A stretch of DNA of 64,000 bases, from assembly GCA_964247055.1 (NCBI GenBank), contig OZ176055.1, positions 1,860,001 through 1,924,000 of the forward strand. Direction: 5' to 3'. Source of the stretch: Paragordius varius. Lineage: Eukaryota > Animalia > Nematomorpha. Below the pieces are notes generated by a model, which had not been told where the DNA came from, did not search any database, and saw nothing but the letters and a program-made list of their open reading frames with translations. The translations under genes were made by a program, and so were the position numbers. The first letter of the stretch is position 1. The number at the start of each line of letters is the position of its first letter. Of this stretch, positions 28,301 through 39,729 are shown in pieces.

Positions 28301-29833
28301 ACCGTAATTAATAAGACAGAGGAAACGGTACCTTCTGTTAAAAACGTTATTACGCAGGCAAATTCAAATTGCAGAAAATGGTCTAATCCACAACTGATTA
28401 AAACTCCTTACCGAGGATTTGGCTCTATGTTGTTTTTTAAAAAAGATATGACGGAAACAAATACAGCTAGCCCCAAAAATATACCTAATTCTATGACTTC
28501 AAAAGCATCATTACCTTCTTTGCAAAACTTAAGTGAAATCGAACAAAAGGACCGCAAAAGTCGTTTATATCGTCATTGCTCGGAAGATTCTTATAATATG
28601 TCAGAAGGTTTGCAAAAAAGAAAACTAAACAAATATAAACACCCAATTATTAGTAGCGATAAAAAGACACCACCATTCCAACAAACCGATGACACTCTAA
28701 AACTTTTCCGATGTTCCATGAGAGGTGGGAGTAGGAAAACGTTTGCCGATATAGGTCCAATAAGTTTCGGGGAAATGACAAACAGTGTGGTAAGATTGAT
28801 GAAACGAAAGAATAGCCATAAGAAGAAGGATCGCATAGCTAAAAAGGAAAAGAAAGCTACTCAAACTTTGGCCATAGTTTTAAGTATTATATATTTTATA
28901 TATATAAAAACATTAAAATGCCTTTATTTTGCTCAATCTTTGGTGTAAAGTGTTTTTGCTATATTTAGCTATATATTTTATAGTCTCACATTTAACCATG
29001 AAATTTTATTAGCTATCTTGGTCTTTTGATTAGCAAAAATAGCATAATTTGATGTATAAAATATTATTATCTTTCCTTATTAATAAGCTGAAATTAAAAA
29101 GCGAACAAGGGTATACTGGCGGAACAATTTAAATGTAATCGGGTTTTCAACTTAAATTAAAAAAATTCGGCTGTCGTATTTGGAATATATGTAAGTAGGC
29201 ATAGATATTTGGTAGATAACACAAGAATGAAATATAAACATAGCAATATTTACTAATTGCCAATCGAATATATTTATAAATGCTTTAACAAATATCAATT
29301 TTATTGATTTTGTCATGAGATTTTTATAATATATGGATCCTCATTTTTTTGCGAGTCATACAGAAAATTTCGGAGACCAGCATGCGACCCCCGGGCCGCG
29401 TGTTGAACACCAATTTATTCAAATATTTATCAGTTAAAAACAACAGTTTTTCCAAAAAACCCTTATAAATAATGTGGTTTTGAGAAACAATTGTTTATAA
29501 ATTAAAAAAGAGTGAATATTTTGTGCTGCCACGAATTCATTTACGGATGGAAATGCGTCAAATATATTTATACCTATCTATCTAGTTGTGTTCCTCATTT
29601 GCTGGGTGCCATTTTTCACCGTTAATCTGCTCAATGCTGTATGTCAAAAACTCAAATATGAAGCATGTCAACCTAGCATATTCGTTTTCACGCTATCCAC
29701 TTGGATAGGTTACATTAATAGCTTATTGAATCCTGCCATTTATACCATCTTTAATCCCGAATTCCGCAAAGCTTTTAAAAAATTATTACGTTGTCAACAA
29801 AATAAAAATCATTCTTTTAAAACAACTTATTAA
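14804..29833 (+). CDS. Dop2R: D2-like dopamine receptor (class A GPCR, invertebrate Dop2R/DOP-3 type), 895 aa
   Basis: Exons 14804-15202, 19052-19164, 26105-26662, 27514-28883, 29586-29833 total 2688 nt in frame. Motifs: TM1 GN, TM2 SLACAD, TM3 [14 protein letters not shown] (Asp3.32), DRF, ECL2-TM5 [21 protein letters not shown] (near-identical to my recollection of insect Dop2R), TM6 [23 protein letters not shown]7 NPAIY, helix 8 [10 protein letters not shown]. Confidence 0.92.
18985..19036. repeat. (TA)n microsatellite immediately upstream of receptor exon 2 acceptor
   Basis: Direct. Other (TA)n tracts occur near 13866, 16496, 19262, 55510, 57135 and 63839. Confidence 0.95.
19878..20166. 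repeat. Tandem repeat, three copies of 97-102 bp
   Basis: Units start at 19878, 19975 and 20077, each with TAC(A/G)ATTGTAAG..AACCCAACC(G/A)AAACGCAAAACATGTA..CTGAAAATGAATGT. Confidence 0.9.
20450..21300 (+). mobile_element. Heavily decayed non-LTR retrotransposon RT relic (clade uncertain)
   Basis: Fragments [18 protein letters not shown] (resembles IPxDWKxAxVxPIxKxG) and [17 protein letters not shown]...IIGYC. It lies in receptor intron 2. Confidence 0.4.
23043..23430. mobile_element. hAT-family MITE (388 bp)
   Basis: Ends CAGGGGCGTACC and GGTACGCCACTG; perfect 8-bp TSD TTTCATGA on both sides; internal poly-G tract; no ORF. Confidence 0.88.
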
Positions 29834-31530
29834 TATGTATACATACCTTAATCCATTTTGAACGAAAAACGAACATTTGTGATAAAAAAATTATGTAAAA
29901 ATATTATACTTCTACTGTAAAGTAATAAATAACGCTAAAGCTTTTATGAAGTAATAACTTAGTTTTATTGCAATGATTTCCGCACACTTAAATGGTATAG
30001 TTGTTAAATTTGAACTATATAACCGTTAAACGGCATATCAATTTTTGCATAGTTTTTTATAAAAACCATTCTAACTATACATTTAGCTTATGGCAAACAA
30101 TGAAACATTATAAAAAAATTCTTGGGATTTAGAAGAAATTGCCATAGTGGATTAATGTGCTGAAATGAGGTTTTTGTATAAAAACGGTCCAGCTATGGAA
30201 GACAAAGAAGTGTTCCCTAGTGTACATAAACTCGATAAATGTATATTATATGTTGCATAACACACAATGATCTAAATTAAGGGTTATAATGAATTTAAAA
30301 TATTTTTTTATGACCCAAACCAAAAAAGTTTTTATATTTTTCTCAAAAAATTAAAAAAACCCAATTTTTTAAAAATCGAATGTGATTTTTTAGTAACTCT
30401 ATTGTTAGGAAATATTTTGGATTTGGATTTATATTTTGCTAATACCATTTTAAGCTGTTACAACGCTTCAACTTTGCTAAGTTGATGTGGTAATTTGGCA
30501 TTTATTAAAAATTAATCTCTGGATCCTGGTATTTTTAGTACAATAACCTATCATACCTAAAAAAGGGGTAACTTTCGGAGATTCTTTAAATATGTTAAAA
30601 TAATTTACACAATTGTTTACCATATGCAGTTTCTTACACATTAAAACGAAATATTAACTAAATGCGATTTTTTGATTTTGAGTAATCATAACCACAGTTG
30701 ATACTTATTTTGCTAACTCATAGCTTCCGAAAAAAAACATAAAAATTCTGAACCACCTCTCGAATTTTTATGTTTTTTCAGATTCCGCCTTTGTTCACGT
30801 AATAAATAACATTGATAAAGTAAAAACTGATTCCAAAACGCTTAAAGGGAATAGGTTCCGTTTATAATTCCTGAATAATTTATATATATATTTCAACTAT
30901 TCTCAATTGTAAATAACAATATCATTGACTATTTTGCTATAAGCATGTAACGCCTATAAGTTTCCTATCGGTCTATGACTTATAAATTGAAGCCGTTGTA
31001 TCCAAGATCCATTTTTGTTTTATTTAAAATGTTTTTTTTTAAAAAATCAAACTTTACTTGTAAAGCCGCAACATTTTTTTCGAAGACAAAATCAATTTCA
31101 TTGGAAAAAATAACCCCATAGTGTACAGAAAGTGGATGATCAAACACTAAAGCAATGTTAATAATTTGATATATTTTAAGACATAGTAAATTTTTCATCT
31201 ATTATATAGTTTTTATAAGGCTCTACAGTTAAAAATAGAATTTCATTAGGACGATATCGGAATTAGGAAAATTTTTTATATAAGCTTTAAAGCCGTAAAG
31301 TCCCCAACCCAAAGTGAGATGTTGATTTAGTTAACAGTACCCAAATGTAATTTTCGTAGAGCTTTTAAAGAGGTTAAAATTTTTCAAAGGATTGAATTGT
31401 ATTTCAATTTAATTATGAAAAATGTCCCACACAAGCATTTAGGTTAAGGTTGTTCATTTGACATTAAACAATTGATACACGAAATTTGAGTCCGCAAAAA
31501 GGTAGTGTCTTCTTTTTGTCATTCGATAAT

Positions 31531-31700
31531 AATGTCGTATTTTATGTTTGAAAAGGAGGAACTTGCGGCAATCGCCATGAAAAGAAAAAATCTGTTGAAT
31601 GTTATCGATTGCCAGAAACATATGGTGAACCTGCTCTATTGTATTGAGTCATGCGTGGTTAATTTTTCGTTAAATGGCGTATTATTTTTTAAACTCTGTA
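31531..31700 (+). mobile_element. Mariner transposase N-terminal (HTH) fragment
   Basis: MSYFMFEKEEL.. followed, after a frameshift, by KKSVECYRL.PETYGEPAL. This resembles my recollection of the Mos1 N-terminus (MSSFVPNKEQ..KKTAAESHRML.EAFGE). Confidence 0.5.
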
Positions 31701-32509
31701 AAACCTTAAAGATTCGCTGTTGGGCAGAATGGTTATTTTTTAGGTTTTTCGGCCAAAATCATATCTGTTCCTTATCTTTGTTGAAATTAATTATTCAAAA
31801 TCCTACCACACTAATTAAACTGGAAAAATCATGCTGACCGCATTTCAAATATATATATATATATGGGCATTCATTAATAATTAGATTTTAAACATGAGAA
31901 AATGCAAAGAAACTATAACTATTATTTATCGTTCTTACCAATATACTTATTTCAAAAAAATTGATATCCATTCTACTTGCAACATATTTTTTCAAATGCT
32001 GCCCTTCAAAAGGGCCGCACATAAAACCTAGGAAGGGCCGGATGTTGGACACCCCTAATTAATAAAATTTGAAAAAATGGCGGTCACGTTGCGTGCAAAT
32101 ACGTCCCTTTTTAATATTTTTGTTTTATTATGATAAATATCACTTTTCATAAATCAAATTAAATTAATTGATAGTATTTTAATGACTCCATATTTAAAAG
32201 TGGATAGTTAAATAATATATGTAAATCGGATTATTAAAAATAAACTTAAAAGTATTATAATTATAATCGATATTTGTATATGAGGATTCTAAATAATTTT
32301 TTACTAATATGTTATAAAACATATGATCAACCCGTTAGGAAACTGGGATACCAAAATTATAAAATTAGGCGTTTTAAAGGAAGTTTATAGGATAACAATA
32401 TATTTTTCTTTATAACGTAAAAGTTATAGGGTATCTCATGAAAAAAAATTTTTTGTTTAATAAAATTTACCCTCTTTTTTGTACACAGTGTATGTGTTTT
32501 TATGTTATA

Positions 32510-34477
32510 CTAGCAGGCCCTGTCACTCTTCGCTGTGACGCAGTCTCACCGATTATTCCTAATATTTCTATACATAGAGGTAATGAAGATTAAAAAATAT
32601 TAAAAAACATATTTAATAAAAGGAATGTCTTTATTTTTTTTATGGGTTTTGGCATAGGCTCACTTATTGTCCACTCGGAATCGACTATATTTAAAAAATC
32701 CTTATTCAAGATTCAACTATCAAGCAATTGTGGTCCCTTATTAAAGGAAAAAATGATATTATACAAATTCCCCAAAAATGTGTTAAACTGAACTCGTATG
32801 GCTTCTTAAGTTTTTGAAAATTAGCTCCAATACAACGCCATTTTTGTATGACGTCCCAGTTTTTAACCGGTAGACCCCTATCCATAGATCTATATTGCAA
32901 AAGCGCTGATTTAAATTCTTTGCCTGTATAAAAAAATTTGGAATCATCTTTGATACCTTTGTCTCATGGGTTATTAGAAAAAATACCTTAACACTAAATA
33001 ATCGTTATGTGATGGCGTATTTTTAGGGCATAAAGGCTCCAATAAACGGCTAATAAAAAACGCCTTAGTTTAATTTTTGCCTAGTTACGGGTAATATTTC
33101 AAGCTTTGAATGAGCTCATATGGCTACATAGTTTTTTTTGTAAATTAGTTCCAAAACAACGCAAATTCTATGCAGCCGGGCAGATTTTAACGGGTAGCTC
33201 CTTACCCAGGGATAGGTATAAAAAAGCGTTGGGCAAAATTTTTGCCTTTGTATTGGGAATCTCTGGAATTTCACGGATTCCATATGTTCCTATTAGTCAC
33301 ATAGGTTTTCTGAAATTCGGCTCCAAAGGCATGCTTATCGATATCACAGTTTTACGCGGATAGTCCCCTAACCAGGGGCGAAACAAAAAAACGCTTGATT
33401 AAAATTTTTGCCTTAATTCGGGTAATACCTGGAATTATGATTGATTCTATATGCTCTCGTCGGATTTTCGAAACAAAACCAAAATTTTATTCTATGGTGG
33501 GGCATTTTTCAGGGCAAGGGCCTAATAAAGGGGTAATTTTAAAAAACCGCTCGACTTAAATTTCTGCCTTTTTACGGCTAATATTTAAGGCCCTTACTTT
33601 TATGGCCTGATAAGTTTTCTGACAATCAACTCCTAAACAACGCAATTTCGATATGGTGGCGCAGTTTTAGGCGGGTGGATCCTAACCCAGAGACTGACAC
33701 AAAAAAGGCGCTTGAATTTAATTTTTGCCTTTTTATGGAGAATACCTGGAATCATGATTGTTTCCATATGCTCTCATTATTTTCTTGGAAATATTGCCTC
33801 AAAATAAAAAATCATTCTATGGTGGCGCATTTTTCAGGGCGGGAAGGGCCTAATTAACGGCTAATTTTAAAAAACTGCACGATATAAATTTTTGCCTTGT
33901 TACGGGTAATAATTTAAGCAGAACCCATATGGCCTGATAGGTTATCTGAAATTTAGCCCCAAAGACACGGTATTTCGATATGACGGGTCAGTTTTTAGCG
34001 AGCATCTCCTTACCCAACAGCTATCACCAAGGAATCACTCGACTAAAATTTTTGCCATTTAACAGGGATACCTGGAATCCTCAATAAATTATTACGGTCT
34101 CATAACTTGGGCAAATAGGGACTTAATTTTTTTGAAAAAAGTGGCATTTTACGGTGGGAGCGGGTAAAAAGAGGCCTAAATTAAAAAACGAGCCGACTAA
34201 ATTCGGCGCACTCAATAAGTAAAAAAACATATTTGAAATCAAATGATCCAACACGCCTTCCCGAAAATTGTCTCAAAGACATGATTTTTGTGGACTTGTT
34301 TTCTAAAAAATCCGTTTTTTACACGGGGTGGGACTGGGGACCTAATTCAAAAAAGGCGAAGCTATTGTCGGGGCATTCATTAATGATTATATTTCGACAT
34401 TTGGATTTGAATGGGTCTATCGGTTTTCCGGAAACTGATCACAAAGCCACCACTTTCCATTTTTATAAATATATAGA
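32510..34477 (-). mobile_element. Non-autonomous Helitron-like element, copy 2
   Basis: On the minus strand it starts A|TCTATATATTTATAAAAATGG and ends GTCACAGCGAAGAGTGAC hairpin..CTAG|T. No TSD is visible. It shares the internal repeats of copy 1. Confidence 0.78.
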
Positions 34478-35140
34478 TTAAGGAGACGTTGTGTAGAAAC
34501 AAAAGCTTTTTATTCAAAAATTAGATTTTATTTATATTAATATTTTAATCCCTATATTTTTAACTCTAAGATTGGCGTCGAATCATTCTAGAATTTTTTG
34601 GGTCACAAAACGGTTGCAAAAAAAGCTTATGATACCACTTTCAATAACAAATTAAAACCTGATGACAAACTATTAATGCCATCTACTTTCATATTTACAT
34701 TTTTCAGGGAGGGTCATTATTTTTAAAATTAATAAGGTTTACGTGTAAAAAAGAATTTTTAACGCTTAAAAACTAAATTCAAATCGTCAATTTGGTTAGA
34801 TATTTATTAATTTTTTTGGATTTTATTTTTTCCCGTATGTTTACAACCAATAAAATTTTTTTATTGACTATTTTTTATATATATCATGAGATATAATTTT
34901 TATGGTCATAGACAAAAGCAAAGACACCAAATTTATGGGATATTCTTAACGGAATCGCAAAAGTTTTGGTTTTGCAAGGCAAGCCTATAATTTATGTGGT
35001 ATGTAAGGATTTTAATAATTTGATACAAAATGATAAAATATAATAAAGAATGAATGCTTGAAAAAACAATAAAAAAATTATTAGAAAAGGGGATTATACT
35101 TTTAGATCTCGTTAAATGGCAAACTGATGCCAATGTGTTG

Positions 35141-35172
<32 letters not shown>
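35141..35172. repeat. (ATA)n microsatellite
   Basis: Direct. Confidence 0.95.
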
Positions 35173-35173
<1 letters not shown>

Positions 35174-35989
35174 GTATTTGAAAATCAGTGTCAGTCTTAT
35201 CTATCAAATTGTCATTGGAAAAAAAATTCCCTAGCAGGACTGTGCTGTAAATAAAATTTTCTTATCAATCTTTTGTGCAAACTCCAGATATATATATATT
35301 TATAAATTTGATCATTTTTTTAATATTTTTAAGTTATGGATTAAAGTATTTAATTTGTCTTCCTATTGTTTTTGAGCTGTCTATCTGTGCTTAAGACAAC
35401 GGAAAAATACTTCTCAAGAATATAAATTAAATACTTTTTAAATTAATTTAATAGAAAACTATGAAAACATACTCGATTATTGGTTTTAATATGGATTCTA
35501 AAATTTTATCTTTTGCTTGTCATTTTAAGTTTTGTGGAATTAAAAACTACCATGCCCTGATATAAAAAACCTATTAAAGTATATCAATCATTTTTATTTT
35601 TTAAAAAATATTTTTCCAATCATATAAATGAATTAAATCATTTTTAACAAATCATTTTGTATAATATCAGTTCAAAATACTCTTAAAGAATTCAAATTTA
35701 CCCTCGAACAATTTAAATTCACCGTAAAATAAATTATGTTTTTTAAGATTACAAATTTACCTATATTTTTTATATTTTATAAATAATGAAATTTCGTTTA
35801 AAATTAATATAATATTGAAAAAATGATAAACTATGGCTCCGAATGCTTTAATTTTTTGAAAAGACACAGTAAAATAACCTTTTTTGCAAAATAACCAAGT
35901 CTCTAAAAATAATTTAAATTATTATTCGTAGACATCTTAATTTATTTGTAATTTATTTAACTGGTTAATTTGAAATGGATCATTTTCTA

Positions 35990-36577
35990 AAACTCTTTGA
36001 CTCTAGCCACTTCCGAGTTGTGTTGCCTAAGAGCGTCCTCAATCTTTCACATGATATCACACCTTATAACTTTTCCCCGTGTTTTACACATGAAAATCGA
36101 TAGAGCATGCTCAGTGTATGTGTCAAACGATACTTTTCAACAGCCTCTAAAAGTAATGCTTACAATTTTTGGGCAGACTATTAGACATGATTATTAAATG
36201 ATAAAAACAGGACATTTTTGGCAAACTCAACTTGTGTGTGTTTGTCGTTATATGTCAGATGAACAAAATGGAATCTGCATCCAATTTGATACTTAGTTTT
36301 GGCTGATGTCTTGCCTTAATTCGATAATTTATAACTACATCTGTGTGCAAAACTTTTAGTCATTTCTCATCTAAAAAATGTTTTAGTCCAGCGCTATTTT
36401 AAAATTTAACCCGTGGTTAGGGTTGTGTTCTAAAGAACGTAACCATAAAATAACCTCTTCTTAAAACCCAATAAACTATGTGAATTCAATTAGGGTTGCT
36501 ATTTTGATGAAAGCAAAATCATAGTTAAGCGTCTAAAATATATGGTCGAATAGTCCGTTTCTTTACATCACCGTGTA
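35990..36577 (-). mobile_element. Possible Tc1-like relic
   Basis: TA|CACGGTG end plus faint fragments KHTQVEFAKN and VKHG. Very degenerate. Confidence 0.3.
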
Positions 36578-37179
36578 TCAATATTTCCAATTATGATAAT
36601 CACTAAAATCAATTTAGGTACTGCTTGTAAGACAAAAATCTAAAATGTAGTTGGCTTTGAAGCATTTTTAGATTGTAGGCCAAATACAATAAGGAATAAT
36701 TTTTTCCATAAAGGCTTAAATTTTAATCAGCCACTCCATTGAGTTAGCCTCTGCATATAATGTTTTATCAAAACTAAATCCCAAATATTCTTTAAATTCG
36801 TTTGTACAGCGTAAACACAGTTACAAAAAAAGCCATTATCACGTAAAATAGCTCAAAACTTCAGTATAATTAGTATCTAAAAAAATTATTTGAATTTTTC
36901 TGCTATTAGCAAAAATTAATAAAATGATTGGAAAAATGATTAAAATATATGAAAATGCGTTAATGATATTTCATATATTGACATGTGAAGTCTTAATTGC
37001 AAAATTAATTATTAAGCTTTTAGCAGGGCTCAATCCCCTATAAAAAGGCAACCAAATAAAATTTACGTGACTTTAAAGCAATACTTTGCGCAAGTTTTGA
37101 GACCACACTAAATATCAATATTGAAGGGTTTCTAGCTAAGGCCATTAGTGAGCACTCTTTTTATAAACATAAAAGACTC

Positions 37180-39445
37180 ACCCTAAAATGGTTGGTTGTT
37201 TGGTTTTTCCTAAGTCGTAAACGACTTTTTGGATATGGTTTTAACTAATTCTTTCCATTTTTTTCTATCTTTAACCGCTATATTGAGCTCTTTCAATGTC
37301 ATTTTGGTCTCTTCTTTTATCGTATCCAACCACCTCATCGGTGGTCGGCCTCGTTTCCTTTGCCCTTCTACCTTCCCAAACATTGTATCTTTCTCTAGAG
37401 AATTCGATCGCATGACATGACCAAAATATGTTAACTTTCTTTTTAGAATTATCTCCAGGATGTTTGTTTTAGGTTTTATTTCTGAAGTTAGATTTCCATT
37501 CTTAATTTTATCCTTCCAGGTGTATCCTAGCATCCTACGCCAGCAGCTCCTTTCAAAAGCCATGAGCCTTTCTTTGTCCCTTTTTCTGAGAGTCCAACTC
37601 TCACATCCATATGTGGTGACCGGGAGAACGAAACAGTAGAGTAATCTTTTTTTGGTTTCAATTCCTACGCTTTTGTTTTTCCAAATCTTTATTAATTTGG
37701 TCATCGCTTCTCTACCCAATCCTATTCTCTTTCTGATGTCAGGAGTTGAAGACCCATCCTCTGAAATTATTGCGCCCAAAAACGTCAACTGTTTAACTAT
37801 TTCTATTTCTACTCCTTCTATAATAATTGTAGGTTTTTTTCTTGTACATAATTTGGTTTTGTTAGGATTAAGCTTAAGACCATACCTCAAACTTTCCTTT
37901 TGAATCTCTTCAATCAATTCCTTCAAATCATTTGCACTTTCAGCTATAAGAGTGGTATCGTCTGCAAACCTTAAATTATTGATTGTTCTCCCTCCTATTC
38001 TTACTCCAATATTTTTACCATCCAACTTCCTCATTATCATTTCTGTGCACATATTGAACAGATAAGGGGATAAGCAACACTGATGTTCTTATAATCGCTC
38101 TTTGTTTTACATAGAGAGAGCTAATCAATCTTATTAAGTGAGACGATATCCCTACTAACTTTAATGTTTCCCACAAGGAGTCATAGTTAATTGAATCGAA
38201 GGCTTGTCTGTAATCAATAAAACACATGTATAATTCTTTCTGGAACTCTTTTGATGTTTCCATTATCCTTCTCATGTTTGAGATATGGTCTCTTGTGCTT
38301 TTTCCCTTCATAAATCCGGCTTGATTTTCTGGTATTTCTGTCTGATTGATACTGTGCATCCTATTTTGTATTACTTTTAGTAAGACCTTACTAGCGTGGC
38401 TAATAAGAGATATGTTCCGATAGTTCTCGCATTGGAGTACATCTCCTTTTTTGTATATTGGGAGATATACAGATGATGTCCAGTTGTTTGGCCACTCACA
38501 TGTTTCCCACACCTTTGACATAACTTGTGTAACGTTTCTACAGGAATAGCTTTTATGAATTCTATTGGGATATTGTCTAATCCCATCGCTTTGCTGTTAG
38601 GAATTTGTTTTAAGGCTAATTCAACATCCTCTCTTAGTATATCTGGATCACGTTCTTCTTCTTTTAATTGCAACACTTTTGCTTGAGGAGCCTGATAGAG
38701 TTTTTGGGTGTATTCCTTCCATCTTTCTCGTACTTCTGTTTGTTTGCACAATATGGTGCCATTCTCTATTTAAATCTTTTGAGATGATATAAAAGGTTTA
38801 TGAGTCATTTGCTTCAGTTTCTGGAACATTGGCTGCATTAATCCTTTTTTGTTATTTAATTTCACTTCCAGACATTGTTTATTAAGAAAATCTTCATAAT
38901 CCTTCCTTGTTTGTCGTTGAAATTCTTTGTTATATAATTTTACCATTTTATTATCACCTCTTGAGTTAGCTTTTCTCCTCTTTTCTGCTATCTCTTAACT
39001 CTTTTCTGATATCTATTTGTTATCTTTCCTCACTCTCTGCACTTTTCTTTTGCCACTTCATTAACAACATTTTTTATCGTTCCCCATAATTGTTCTGAGC
39101 TACATTCATTGTCCAATCTTTCTAATCTGTCTTTTGCTTCTGTTCTAAAACTATTTGGAATGTTCCGAGTGTAATATCTGTGTATCTGTTTAACCTTATT
39201 TTTAATTATTTTAAGTTTGATTTTGGTTACTAGAAGCTCATGATCGCTAGAGCAATCGCTGCTTTTGCTTGTTTTGGTATCGATTATAGAGCTTTTCCAT
39301 TTTTGAGGACATATTATGTAATCAATTTGGTTCTTATATTTATCATATGGAGAGGTCCATGTGTATAACCTCCTATTGTGTTGTGGAAACCATGTGTTGG
39401 TTATCATCATCTCATTTTCTTGACAAAAATTGATCAGTGCTTTAC
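37180..39445 (-). mobile_element. 5'-truncated RTE-clade LINE (C-terminal APE endonuclease plus RT), frameshifted
   Basis: Overlapping ORFs give TWTSP..KNQIDYI..SDH (endonuclease), NYRNISLISHASKVLLKVIQNR, QAGF..TRDHI, CFIDY..AFDS, NLRFADDT, FLGA and YGCESWTL..YFGHVMR..RGRP..RW. A short AACC-type tail follows. Confidence 0.93.
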
Positions 39446-39729
39446 GTTATAAAAAATTAAATTTTAACATTTTAAAGCTTGAGGGTTTATGGATCGGTAT
39501 AAAAACGCTTTAATATATTAATAATATCAATATATGAACGACGCTGAAGATTTACTCAGAATCTTCTATATGTTAATAATAAATTGTTTCCGCAAAATTA
39601 ACAATAATTTCAAGCAAGCAAACCTTTAAATCAAAATTTTGAAACGATAAATATGATCAGTATCATCTGATTATTAAGTGATTTTTTTATAATATCTTCT
39701 TTTGATACCGTTTCCACATGCCTCTAAAT

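Noticed and set aside
32706-34481. ORFs 32706-32900, 33106-33363, 33675-33857 and 34233-34481
   Set aside because: These are incidental frames inside Helitron copy 2.
37229-37903. Plus-strand ORFs 37229-37420 and 37652-37903, and similar antisense ORFs at 28591, 40747, 41071 and 51186
   Set aside because: They are antisense shadows of real coding or TE sequence.
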